Shown in pieces: positions 40,801-52,682 of a stretch of 64,000 bases of DNA. The notes below the pieces were generated by a model. It was not told where the DNA came from and made no database searches. It saw nothing but the letters and a program-made list of their open reading frames with translations. Where the stretch lies: assembly GCA_964199315.1 (NCBI GenBank), contig OZ116704.1:11966001-12030000 (forward strand). The letters are read 5' to 3'. The first letter of the stretch is position 1, and each line of letters opens with the position of its first letter. The DNA comes from Orbicella franksi. Taxonomy: Eukaryota. A program made the position numbers and the translations under genes.

Positions 40801-43480
40801 TTCATTAGTTTTAGCATATTCACCAGTAACTGAGCTTGTTACCTTTCTCGAAGAGGCTTGATTAATCCTAGCTCATTTGAGAAAGCGAAGACGAATGCTG
40901 TTCTTTGCTTCAATTTAATCCTTGTGGCTTCCCAAAGCTTGAAATCCTTGCTCGACTGTTTTGACTTGTACAGGGAATATTCACCTCCGAAATTATTACG
41001 GATCATTATTAAATCAAAGCGTTTGTAGTAATTTTGTTCGAAACAAACGACTTTCGAGGAAACCGTTAAGCAAAATTTCCAAAGCAAATTCTGTTTCGTC
41101 GGCTTTCTTCACGTGTTTCACGCAACTCACGCTGAGAAAACTGGACGCGGCTGCCACTCAGTTTCCCGCCTTTTATATAACTATTCATTTAAGCCACACT
41201 GAAATGTTTATACAAAACAGTAGTCAACCGCAAAATGGACCTTTTCATAAAAGGCAGCCAATTATAAATTATTTAGTAAGTATTAAAATAAGCCTTACTA
41301 ACTTCGTTTTTAAGTTGATAATTCAAAAGAATATTTAATCTCAAACGAGGTAAGTGAGGCTAATTTAAAATGCATATAAAGAAATTTTAAATTGGCAGCC
41401 ATTTATGAAAAAGGTCCATTATCTGCTCATGCGGCACAAAATAGTAGCATTTGTACAGTTTATCTTGATCTTTTCACTTCGCCTGATAATGACGTTCAGT
41501 TAATATCGAAACGTCGAAGCTAAAAGTAAAACGATTTCAAGCAACCTTTTATCACACGTATTCATAGTGTAAAAATTGCTTGTTTTGATTGTTTTATGAT
41601 GCAGGATAGTTTTGTGACCTGCGCCATCAGAACATGTCCAGTCCTTTCCTGTGTGAATCAAACAAATACAGACGGAACATGCTGTCCTGTTTGTGCAGGT
41701 AAAATGAAGCAGTAGGTCATCCTGTCTGCAGCCTCTCTTACAAGCAATTTTCAAAACTTGCGCTTGATTAATAATTATACTAGTCTTGTTGTCTCCAGCC
41801 TTGTCACGCAATGACGTGGAATGCATCACGAAAGCAAAACGCCTCTTCGCATGCATTACCTTCTCAACCCTTATCACTCATATTTCTCAATCTTAATTAG
41901 TTTCTAAATTTGGTTTTATTTTCATTTTAGAAAGTTTACCAACACTGCGAAATCCATTGGGTATGTTAAGTTGATACTTATAATTTACTCTATGTATAAG
42001 TATGCTTTGAACACAAACCAGTTTTCCAACAGTTTTAAAAAAAGATTAAACTTCCTTAAGAAACTGTGTTTAAAAATCTGATCCCCTAAGTAAATTAAAA
42101 AATTCCGCGCTTCGTTTTTGCGTTACTTTCGCTGTTAGTAATTTATCTACATAGTACATGTCCATGGAATATTAATAGCCACTCAGTCGTGTTCTTGTGG
42201 AAGTCCACGAATCGTATTGGTTCTCTTATCGTTTTCTATTTAAGCCATAGACCACTCTTTCTATGGGCTCACCGGCGCAACAAAACCACGCGGGATTTTG
42301 GAAGAACACTTGAAAAGCTTGTAAATCACGTGCCGTTAGGCTGTGATTTACAAGATTTTCGAATTTCTCGAGTTTCTTCTTTTAGTGCACAGAATTGCAG
42401 TTTTTGTGCTGTTATTCTTTTGAGTGTCTTCTAAAACAGTTATGCTACTCACCCTCATTATCTATGAATGTTGTTTAGCGTTGATTTTTATAGCTTTTTT
42501 ATCCTTTAGTAACAGTTTCCAAGATAGTTGTTTTTCGCCATCTGCACGTTTTCTTATAGGCTGCCAAACAATGGGTAGATACTACGATCATATGGAATCC
42601 TGGTATCCCAGAAGACCTCCAAGATACGATATGTGTATCAACTGCACTTGCAAGGTATGAAATTCAGACCTAACGCTATTTGCAAACATCGCTCGAAACA
42701 AGCTAAGTAGTTCGGAGCAAATTAAGTTTGTTACATCGGGACATAAAAAAGACGTACTTTTCTCGTAGCGGTTCGTCGCAATGAACATTCTCTGTTGTAG
42801 AGTTTACTGTAGTATTCGCATACGTTTGTGCTTGGGAAGATTACAGAGAGGAAAATAGAAGGTCTTCAATGGACGACAGGAAGACAGAAGATCAAAATCG
42901 AAGAGCCTCCCCACCTCCCCCTTTCTTCTTTGCGGCCTTCCCTGAGCACCATATCTGCCATAACCCCCTTGAAATCCTCTGCAGAGGAGAAAGTGTTATA
43001 AGCTTCAGTTACTGTCCAACTGCAGCGAACACCGTCAAAATAACAGTACAAATATACAGCAATATCGTACAGTTATTTGTACAGGAGAATTAACAAATTG
43101 ACGTCAGTTTTTTAGGCGTCTGTCCTCTTATTGATGGTAAATTGCGTCATAACATTCTCAAAGTGGCTGTGGAACCACGAGCTCCAGACGAGTGGTTCCG
43201 TAGTAAACTTTGACAATGTTATGACAATGTTATGACGTTGTTTGTATTTTGACGAGTAGGGCTCGTCAAAATACGGCAGAACTCGTAAAAATATACAGCG
43301 ATACTACACACCAAAACATCTAATAAGATATATACATATCCATCACTTCGACTAAAATTACGCTATAAATGGCCATCAAAATAACCAGTGAAAGCGCCTT
43401 CCTTATTTTGTAATTTTGACTAGCCCTGTGGGCAGATTTAACAGTGTCCAGATTCAACAGTGTCCAGAATTTTCCCTCTT

Positions 43481-43515
<35 letters not shown>

Positions 43516-46500
43516 GTCTGTCTCTCTGTCTGTTTCTCTATTACCAGCGCTTTTAAAATCGTTATCTGCGATTGAAACCATGATGCTTACTTTATTTTAT
43601 TCCTTAGAACACTTCAATAGAGTGCAGCCTTCCAGAGTGCCCCAAGATAACCTGTGTTAATCCTCAACGAAAACCGGGAGATTGCTGTGAGACCTGCCCA
43701 GGTATTACATCGAAAACTAATAAAATTCTGCCCCAGTGACTCAACCAGTGCTAGACTGCCATTGGCTACTTTCATCCAGTCGATGGATTCGTTTCGTGCG
43801 CAGAAATCAAACGAATTTTCGATGAAACACTTTTCCATTCGGCGCCATACTGTTTAGAAAATATGCGTACACTTTCCTAACTTTTGATGAAAATCTGAAG
43901 ATGAAGTATAACTGGACAACTGATTACTCGTTCGACCTTGGTAACCGAATACGCTCCCATTGTTCGCACAGATCATTAGTATTTAATAAACTTCTCAATC
44001 AATTAACTAACGCTTTTTTATAATTATGCTAATGAACTAATTGCTTAATACATTAAGCTGCTGGGTTAAACTTGTAATCTCTCCGCTTCTTCCCCTGTTA
44101 ACCATAATTTATTTCAGCAAACTCGGTAACCGCGTCGGTGAAGGAGCAGCCTTCTTCCAGTCCTGCGAATAGTATCAGTATGTTGATACGGTATGGATTC
44201 AGTCGACGAGGTAAGAGCTCGTGACAAAAGACAAGTGATAATCAGTCACATTGCCGAAAGATTTCTGTTTTGGGCTAGCTGAAAGAACTGACTACACCCT
44301 TTTTTGTTTATTTTTCATGCCCAGACTGAAAATATTCATGTACCATTTTACATCACAGCCGTACACTAGGACGATAGTATGTTTGTCTTGTAAATTTATG
44401 TAAAGATCGATAAGTTCCCAAAGTGTATGCAGCGTTCATGCCAAAACAATGTTATTTCGTTGTTTTTCACTTTAAATCAATATGCAAAAAATGTTCTTAA
44501 ATTTTAATAATTTCAGTCCTGGCATATTCGTAGTATTTCGCCACTCTCGGCATAATTATATTCATATAAAAATAATTCTTACAAAAGAAAAAGAGTATTT
44601 TCAATATGGTACTATCGCAAAAAAATATAGATGACAAAGACTTAATAAAAATTTTTCAGCTTCCAGACCGGAGATAGTTTCAAGAATGTATTTTTTTCCC
44701 TAAAGGAAGGAAAGTAACCAAAGAGTGCATTTGTGAAAAAAAAAGTTGTTACATTTTGGAATACCACATTTTAGAAGATTTCATGGTCTGGGATATCCAT
44801 ATATTCTTTCTGCACATATTAGTAATTTACAATGCACACATAGACAACTCTTAAATCTAATGCACATAGATAAAATTAACATTCTGCATCTAATTTAATT
44901 TGCCCTTATTATGTAATGAACTAAAGTAATTTGTATAAAGTAAACTTAACCATAACTTGATGCCTTAACTTCTTTACAGTCCGTAAGCATCGTACCACGA
45001 TTCCAGACTTATTCAAAATTCGACTGGAAAAGAAAGGTATGACATTGCAAAATAACAGGCCCTGCAACATTACTCGAGTAGTTCGCTATCTTCACTAACA
45101 TCTTTGACGTCACAAAGCGAGGCCTACACGCATGCGTATCTCTAGCGTAATGGCGTAATCAAAACATCATTCCCTGAAATACTGTCGCAAGACGAACCAA
45201 ATCTCTGATCTTTTGTTCGAACACAAAAACAAAACAGAGCAGCTATTGGAAAATCCCCACTGCTCTTGCGCCATGAGGTATACCGGAGTATGTTCAGATT
45301 TTCTTTGTCGTGCTCTATTGGAAAATCACGATCTCCGGGGCGTCAGGGCACCAGGGCACAGGATATCGGGGCTTCTTTTACCTCCTGCCCCCCAAACCCA
45401 CAATCACTCAGTGCTCAATGCACCGGGTCCACCGATGTAATAAGAATTAAAAAGGAATCCTCCAGAAGTTCGAGTAACAAGTGGACAAGAGCTTTGTACC
45501 GAGTTTATCTACATCGTATAACAAACCTCTGTACGACTGTTTTAAATATCTTCTCAAAAGAAATTATTTCTAACAACATCAAGTATCGAAAACAATTGTT
45601 GAAGTTCATAAGAACACTTGAAAGTACTAGTAGAACGAAACTGATGTTGAAATTTTACCTGTGGTTACACAATTTTACTGATTCTTTCAATTTATTTTCT
45701 CGGGATTCCATGGGAAACTGTCCTTGGTGTTATTTCGGCCTACTATTTATACCTTTAGCTTTTAGGAAATGCAAAAAGGTTTGTAATATACTCAAATTAT
45801 TCTGTACTAGGTTTTTGGCACGGAAAACCAAAATGACTCGATCCCCCATCGGATTTCATCTTAACCTTTCTCTGTGCTTTGAGCTCTGGCTGCCTCCAAA
45901 AAGCGCTCCAGAGACTGCCCATTTGGATGCTTGAAAGATTGCATTCAGCTTCTGCTCAGTTGCAAACTTAACATGAAAACTGTTTGGTTGGGTGAGCATC
46001 GATAGTTTCCTCAGTGCCGGCCAGACTAATTATACACGTATGTTTAACTGGGCAACGAATAAGTTGAGAAGGGTATACAAGAACGTCCACACACCATTGT
46101 TCTTCATTCAACCTCCCCTTTGGCACATCTTTCAGTATAACCGGCGTTGAACTAGCATGCCAGGCGGTAGGGAGTAAGAATGCTTTCTTATCTGTTTATT
46201 GCAGTTGCTCTATGATTTTATTTGCAGAGACGCCCAAGCTAGATTGCGAGTGGAATAACAAGTCGTATGCTCACAATTCTTCATTTAATCCGGTCGTTGG
46301 CAATTTTGGACCTTCTTACTGCGTCACGTGCTTCTGCAATGTAAGTTTATATATGGTGTAGCTGTATAGCACGTTAGTCTCTCCACGAACCCTCTATTTT
46401 TTCTTGAGTTCGTTGAGATCGTAAGCAAAAGCAGAAGGAAGAAGGGAAACACCTTGTAGCAAAGAAAAAACGTCTGAGGACAGACCAACACCACGCACAC

Positions 46501-49487
46501 TTCTATTTTCTTTTTTTTTTACATCTCAATAACACGCAGTTTTAATGTTGTTTATTGCAGCGATGGACCTTTTTACCAATGTTACACTTTTCCGAAGCTT
46601 TCGTTAAAACTAAAACAAAGCATCACCACTCGATTTATCACGCCAAATAAATAAGTAATTAAACATACGAGGTGTCATAAGAATCTGTCGAAAACTCATG
46701 CATGAAAATAGTTAAGGCAGCCCAAACGTTAGCCTGCGAGAGCATCCTGTTTTCTCGGTTCTTGTTTCACGCGGCGGAGACAAACGGCAGACGGAAATAC
46801 GTCTGCGTTCGCATGCTACCCAAATGTATACGTATGAAATACCTATCGAATATATGCCAGGAGGACACGTTCTCCCTGCCATACATTTCTTTGTACAAAT
46901 TGGCATGTTTGGGGCCCGGGGTAGACGCCCTTTTCACAAAAAGGCGTGCTCGTTGCATTGTACCTTTTGGGATTAAAAAAGCGGTTGGTACTGTCTCAGG
47001 GTGTTCAGCCTCAAAAGGTCCACAGCGGGAGCTTCTACAGTACCTTTTAGAGTACTGAGCCGAAAACGACATCACAGGATATTATGTGTTGTTTTAGAAT
47101 TGGTATCTCTTACGGGTGAAAACTCTTCTAAGGCACGTCCACAAAGAAGGTACCATTTAGGGGTTCATTTCGAAATTTCCGACGAGCACCTCCGTCCTTT
47201 TTGTATCGAAGCCCTCCCCCCCCCCCCCCGGATGGGTTTGGGGTCCCATATTTTCTTAAGTTTGCAACAGATTCTTTTGCCCCTTGGCATACATTTCTTT
47301 GTCTAAATTTGCAAGTGTTTCTTTTTTATATCGCGAGCTTGAGACAAAGAGAAAAAATCCGAGTCCCTAACGGGATTCGGACCCATGACCTCACAGATAC
47401 CGGTCGGGTGCTGAACGGAGGATCCCATTGTGAGCTAAGCTATTCATTTGTACGGTTCATATGTGCATGTGTCCAAAATACTGCTAAGATTGGCAATGCC
47501 TGAAACGTGCCGTGTAGAGATGAGTAATGACAGATAGGAAATTTCCAACCTCGTTTCCAGGGCTTTTCCAGATTTCACAGGGAAAAGCCTTGGGAACGAG
47601 GTTAGGAAATTTCAAGTTGAACCGGGCGTAACCTGTTTACCGCGACCACAACATACCCACGTTACCACGTTTCCCACGAATAAACAATCTAGCAAACAAA
47701 CAAACAAAAATTACAGAGCAAGCGAACTTAAAAACCTGGTTACTTTTGTTTGGTCCTTTCCTGTTTCAGGCCAATGTAATAAAATGTAGAAGTAAATCAT
47801 GTCCAACGAGTTACCCGTGCAAAGATCCAGTGTATGTTCAAGGAAAATGCTGTAAGGTGTGTGAAGGTAAGTCAGCACAAAATCTAAGGGACGCTTTCGA
47901 ACTTTTCGTCCATTTCCGAATTACCTTTAGCCTCTTAAGCGGGAACAAACTAGTTAACTAAAATCCAAAAAAGTAAGCTCGCTTCCAACATTCACGACTT
48001 GCAGGGATTAGATTCACTAATGTAAAGTTGGTTAAGACGTATACATGTTTTCACTAGATTCCCCAGGAAATCATACAAACGGAAGGAACCTTTGCAGTGC
48101 AGGAAAGCACTGGCTGGTCTACGAGTATATAAAGATTCCAAGAAATCAACAAAAGAACGCGTCCGAAGTACGGGAACAATTCGCACTGGAGCACAAGGAC
48201 CACGATACGGTGGAGATACACACCATTTACGCTAACATGACAGCAAAAGTTATAAAGACCACGAATACTACCAAAAGCCAGTTCCATGGAATTTTGAAAA
48301 AAAATGGCAAAGATTATAAAATCCTTGGAAAGATTCGTGAAGGTGAGTCATCGTATTTTTAATAGATATCTCAGGGTGAGGCATCATTGGTCAAAAATGT
48401 CAGTCGAGAAATGATGCATTTCTTAAAGGATCTCAGTCACAGTTTGCGCATATTGAAAAGTTTAGCCTCAATTTTCAAATTCGTCGTTTGCAATCCGTGT
48501 CAATCTTCTCCATCCTTAGCCATCCTTGTTCCTTTATGGTTTATAATGATCTCTTTGGTGTTTTTCTATCTTATTAAACTGTTATTTTCAGGTTTCCTAC
48601 CATTTAAAGATAATTTTGTATGTGGCCAAGTTAACTCAAAATACCGTGACTGAGCTCCTTTAAGGTACCTAGCCGTGATTAGGGTCATCACGGAACGCGA
48701 GTAGCGTTGCCTGACGACCCCCTAATAACGGCTGCGAAGGAGCATAGGAAATGATGGGCTAAGAAATTTTCACTGATAGCTTTGAAATCTCTAAGATCTG
48801 CATAATAAGGGCTCCTTCAAACACATTCTGGTAAGGCAGCTGCTTGGTGGTATTATGTTTCAGAATCACATTCTGTGAGGCTATTAGCAGGGTTTTCTTT
48901 CGGAGGTCTCGAGTTCCACTCCTCGTCTAGCTTGTGAACAGACTCTCTAGTCGAGGATGGGGCGAAGAGAAAGCAGAAAGAANNNNNNNNNNNNNNNNNN
49001 NNNNNNNNNNNNNNNNNNNNNNNNNNNNNNNNNNNNNNNNNNNNNNNNNNNNNNNNNNNNNNNNNNNNNNNNNNNNNNNNNNNNNNNNNNNNNNNNNNNN
49101 NNNNNNNNNNNNNNNNNNNNNNNNNNNNNNNNNNNNNNNNNNNNNNNNNNNNNNNNGACGCCCCACCCAACTCCCCCCTCGGCCACTTCACTCTCACCCA
49201 GTTCCTTCTCTGCCTTTCCATCCGCGGTCAGACTCTTCCAGCCGGCGCCTGTTCATAGACTACTCCTCGTTCACTCATTCGACTAAATGGTTCTGATTTT
49301 GTCTATTTCAGTTCAGAAAAACAAGATCAAGACTTGGGAGCAACGTGCCTGTCATCACACTCAAGGCTGTATACATACAGTGCGAAAAATAATGAAGGGA
49401 CTCTATGAACGTGTGAGACGGTGCGGCGATCATGCCACATCAGGGCCCCCACAAACACTCCTTCAACTTCAACCAGAGAATCCTTGA
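31018..49487 (+). CDS. CHRDL: Chordin-like (CHRDL1/CHRDL2-type) secreted BMP-modulator homolog, 15 coding exons, 506 aa: signal peptide + 4 VWC/CR repeats (CR1 truncated) + CHRDL C-terminal domain
   Basis: All introns are GT-AG and phase-compatible. Exons: 31018-31034, 31165-31241, 36372-36493, 37844-37910, 38582-38718, 41605-41698, 41931-41960, 42560-42654, 43608-43701, 44118-44177 (alternative donor 44210), 44980-45036, 46228-46340, 47770-47866, 48058-48342, 49312-49487; total 1521 nt. N-terminus MRATDYIAILGIAIFARSCES is a signal peptide. CR4 CEWNNKSYAHNSSFNPVVGNFGPSYCVTCFCNANVIKCRSKSCPTSYPCKDPVYVQGKCCKVCE closely resembles vertebrate CHRDL1 CR3. The tail (LVYEY...EQFALEHKDHDTVEIH...CHHTQGCIHTVRKIMKGLY) resembles the CHRDL2 FALEHEASDLVEIY and CHRDL1 C..VC...LVKVLY motifs, recalled from memory. 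The symbol is family-level; CHRDL1 versus CHRDL2 cannot be assigned. Confidence 0.88.
34238..34478 (+). repeat. ~116-bp tandem duplication in CHRDL intron 2
   Basis: AGAAGTTTCC(C)ACTGAGATCA...ATAGATTAAATACGTGAAA...GTAGTATTTGCTAAATTTA occurs twice, plus a third AGAAGTTTC start. Confidence 0.9.
35446..35832. mobile_element. 387-bp hAT-like MITE with 15-bp perfect TIR and 6-bp flanking duplication
   Basis: CAGGGGCACCCAACG / CGTTGGGTGCCCCTG; CGTATT on both sides (35440-35445, 35833-35838). Confidence 0.85.
37005..37270 (+). repeat. Interspersed repeat; second partial copy at ~43090-43235
   Basis: TAACAAATTGACGTCAGTTTTT..GCGTCTGTCCT.TTATTGAT..TGCGTCATAACATT..AAAGT.GCTGTGGA.CCAC occurs in CHRDL introns 3 and 8. 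Confidence 0.8.
37715..37825 (+). mobile_element. tRNA-derived SINE, degenerate
   Basis: TTAGAGCATCCG...GGTCATGGGTTCGACT...GGACTCAGATTT (A-box/B-box-like); same family as 47335-47415. Confidence 0.6.
39304..40304. mobile_element. PIF/Harbinger-type MITE with TTA TSD and a 351-bp tandem duplication of its 3' half
   Basis: AGCGGCCTTCACACGGCAAAC / GTTTGCCGTGTGAAG(G/T)CCGCT termini; TTA at 39301-39303 and 40305-40307; units 39606-39956 and 39957-40307. A related empty site lies at 37981-38040. Confidence 0.9.
43481..43535. repeat. (TCTG)n/(TCTA)n microsatellite
   Basis: Seen directly, ~70 bp upstream of CHRDL exon 9. Confidence 0.9.
46915..47231. mobile_element. CCCGGG-terminus MITE related to 21792-22237
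   Basis: CCCGGGG start and poly-C CCGG end; internal GTACCTTTT subrepeats; GTTTGGGG occurs just left of the element and 4 nt right of it. Confidence 0.55.
47335..47415 (-). mobile_element. tRNA-derived SINE
   Basis: Reverse complement reads CAGCACCCGACCGGTATCTGTGAGGTCATGGGTCCGAATCCCGTTAGGGACTCGGATTTTTTCTCTTTGTCTCAAGCTCGCGA; it lacks a full cloverleaf. Confidence 0.65.
47546..47604. mobile_element. 59-bp mini-MITE with 9-bp TSD (MuDR-like)
   Basis: CAACCTCGTTTCCAGGGCTTTTCC / GGAAAAGCCTTGGGAACGAGGTTA; GGAAATTTC at 47537-47545 and 47605-47613. Confidence 0.85.
48928..49262. mobile_element. MITE spanning an assembly gap (N run ~48983-49156)
   Basis: TAGCTTGTGAACAG at left and CTGTTCATAGACTA at right are inverted ends around the N run in the last CHRDL intron. 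Confidence 0.55.
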
Positions 49488-50246
49488 GATCTTAACCTGT
49501 GCGACGATCGACAAATTAAACATGGAGTACGTTTTGACAAATGAACAAAGCCGCTGTATGTAACCATCGCATTAGACCACCACATCGGTGCGTGTTTTAA
49601 CAAGAAACCCTCGTGGTAGTTCATTGACAGTTTTAGGCCTTTCTCTGAGACGTTTCTGTGAGCGCAAGAAAAACAACAAGCAAACAAGGAAAATAGACAT
49701 TTTTTCTTAGAGATAAGTAGTTTGGAAACTTTACCATAGATTTGTATAGCTCCTGTAAATAACGAGTTTATGTGGGCTTCTTAAACGACTTGGCAGAATT
49801 TGTTGCCAACAGAAGAAATTCGTAGGCAAAACGTGTATCCGTTGATTTGATTATAGAGCATAAGGAATGTGAGAATAAAACCTGTAAGATTTTATCATGG
49901 CATTCGTTAGCATAGCTAATCAGATGAACTCGAGTGGGATTCAAAAGCAACTCACACGAGCGGGGCAAACGCAGTCCCCCGTAGCTTGCAGTGGAGGCTC
50001 ATGCGGAGGAATATTAATAAAAAGCGATAAATCCCATTTGCATTGAAAGGACTCACCGCATTAGCTTCGGTTGCAAGCTAGTTCCAGTCCAATGCCGAGA
50101 ATACGAATAAGGTCTACTGTTCCATACTGTACATCGCTGCTATCTGTATCCAACAGAATAACATGGGCATGATCAAGGCAAATGAAACGCGAACCAAGAC
50201 CACACACTGTTCTTACAGTTTGGTTCCGCACAAAAATGATACTTAA

Positions 50247-50425
50247 GGCGCGTTCCTTTGAGGTGATCTGGATCAGGATCAGGGATTCAAGATCACTCGA
50301 ATCATACATCAAAGGAGATGATGAATCCGTAACCAGAGTGGATTCATCTTCTCCTTTGGTGCACCATGATCTGAGTGATCTTGGATCACTGATCCTGATC
50401 CAGATCACCCCAAAGGAACGCACCC
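50247..50425. mobile_element. ~180-bp palindromic Harbinger-like MITE
   Basis: GCGTTCCTTTG.GGTGATCTGGATCAGGATCAG / CTGATCCTGATCCAGATCACC.CAAAGGAACGC; flanked by TTAA contexts; source of ORFs 50061-50423 and 50182-50598. Confidence 0.85.
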
Positions 50426-50667
50426 TTAAAGTTCCCTCCCTGATCTCTTCTCTTTTCCTGTTGTTGTTCTTAACATTCCAACCAGTCTTGCCGTCTGTCA
50501 GTCATTTCATCCTGTTTACCTTACATTGTCGTGTTTTGGCTTGTGCAGTATTGAATTTTCACTTAAAACGGGAACAAATTTTATATGTTTCACTCTGAAA
50601 ACTTGTGTGACAGAAAGCATTTACGAAAGTATAATAGCTGTGGACGAGACCCTAGTTCAGTAATTAT

Positions 50668-52682
50668 CAGGGGCGGATCCAGAAAATTCAGAAAGAGGGG
50701 GCCGAGTCCCCCACCCCCCCCCCCTCCCCTCCCCCGCCCCGAATGAAAACTTCACTTTTCAGGAGATGTAGGATACATGATTGTGGGAGTATTCGTGATG
50801 TAAAGTAACGTTAACGTTTCGGAAGATACAATTAAAGAGCATTTTAAAAGACGATTTTCAAAGCAAAATCGTAGTGTTGGTGGTAGGCGAACTGTTAACA
50901 GAGTCATTGCATTTCATTTATACATCCAGTGTTAATCGAAATAAATCACTGCAGTGGATTGATAAATGTCATCCTTCTCTGGTTTGGTTTGGCGTACTCG
51001 TCAACAACTGCATTATAATTTAAAGGTATGTCTTTGTGAATAAAGAGCAGCAACAGTGCATTTAGACGTTCTTCTCCCATGGTGCTGCTATAAACATTGA
51101 AGAGTTGCTACGTTCAACAAGTTGGACTTGTGACTGGGGTGATCAACAGGAGGCGCAGAATTGTGTGGACATTGGGGTAGAGGCTTGAGCTGCAGGCTTT
51201 CAATGTCTCTTGCAGTATCGGGGGTTTTTGCAGTAGCGTTGTTCCTAAAAATAAAAGCAAGAATGAACACATTTCAAGACAAGGTATAATCGTTTTTTTC
51301 AGCTTATCACAGTTTCACTATAAACTTGGTAACCCATGTAGGGCGTTAACGCGGAATAACATACCAGAAGCACTTCCACAGCTCCAGCTCCCGCGACGCA
51401 CTGCTAGGGGACGGCAGATCAGGGGAATAATGCTGAATAAGTTTCTCTTGAGAAGACTCGTTAAGCTGCTGTAAGTTGGCAGGTATCAGTAGCAGTCCAA
51501 GGAATGCCGCTTCTGATAGTCCATTTAAGCGGGTATTTATTTGCTCCAACAAGTTGTCAAGGAAGGAAAGAAATATTGCCCGTCGAAAGTAGGCGATTGG
51601 TGTCCTGGCGTTCGTGTTCTTTCTTAATGTCTGCCTACCACAAGTTCGAGGGATGCTTACCTTGACGTTTGCCTTCTTAGCCATCTTCCTGATCTTTTCA
51701 TACACAGAACTTGCAAATGCTGTTTTAGCATTCTTGCGCATACCTTTCATCTGTTCCTTCACAACGTTAACATGCTTGTTGCCTCAATAACATCCAGTGT
51801 GGAACCCTGTAACGAACGGCTGAGTCTTGCGGTGAAATGTTCTAGAAGGGAAACGTTACTTATCATAAAAACACCGAATGATAATCAAGCTTGCTCTTTA
51901 AAACTCTCTTTCATCTGGCACAAGTAGAAACAACTGATCCATTTTTGAAACATCATAAGCAAAGTGTTATTGCTGTAATGATTCTAATCGTTTCTGTCAG
52001 AATTTTCTATAGAGAAATTAACTCAGGATTATAAATCAATTTACGTAAAACCTAGTTTTGCGACAAATCATTACACTGAGTGCTTTAATATAAGCTAAAG
52101 TTTAATATTTTTACTTCATTTGCCTTTTTATTTGCTGGAGCGGATGATCACCAAACAAAGTCTCCAAGGCAGAGCTCGAACGTTGCCCGCCAACAGACAG
52201 ATACACATCTAAAAAAAACGATTACGTTTAACTTAGGTCAAATAAGTAACGTACTCACCTGGTTCACGATGAAATGTAAACGGTGTCTTCTTTACTTTCC
52301 TCGAAAACTTCAGAAAAATATTTCACTCTTCAGCAGTGCAGCAAGGGACACAGCGTGACAATATTCGTGTCCAGTGTTCCTCGTCATTTCAAACCGAAAG
52401 AAGCGCGTGTTATAATTACATTTGGCGTTAACAATTAGCGCGAATTTTAATTTTTGGGTTACGTTTGTTTGAATATTTGATAATATATTATAATAGTTAA
52501 CACAAAATATATTTTAAATAAGGAAAGCTCTGAAATTGAATAAAACTGAAACCTGATTGTATAATTATAACAACACTCAAAGGACGGTTAGAAGGGTCGG
52601 GTTCGTACAAAAACGTTTTGAAAATAGAAGGAAAAAAAGGGGGGCCGCGGCTCCCTCGGCCTCTCCTTTAAATCCGCCTATG
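50668..52682 (-). mobile_element. Internally deleted hAT transposon with transposase remnant (THAP12/P52rIPK-like clade)
   Basis: Ends CAGGGGCGGAT / ATCCGCCTATG flanked by ATTAT on both sides. Minus-strand remnant ~51346-51870: LSRSLQGSTLDVIEA...IPRTCGRQT.R.NT.A.TP..YFRRAIFLSFLDNLLEQIN.RL...LPSP....ELELW. Confidence 0.85.

Noticed and set aside
45266-45934. 222-aa ORF in CHRDL intron 11
   Set aside because: TTG start, no recognisable domain, composition typical of a chance or antisense ORF; not needed for the exon chain.
48592-48664. Exon-like segment with a good acceptor in the last CHRDL intron
   Set aside because: It gives GFLPF...RD* with an early stop in the required phase, whereas 49312-49487 continues the CHRDL-like tail. 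An alternative terminal exon is not excluded.
48853-49296. ORFs spanning N runs (also 58870-59212)
   Set aside because: Artefacts of assembly gaps.
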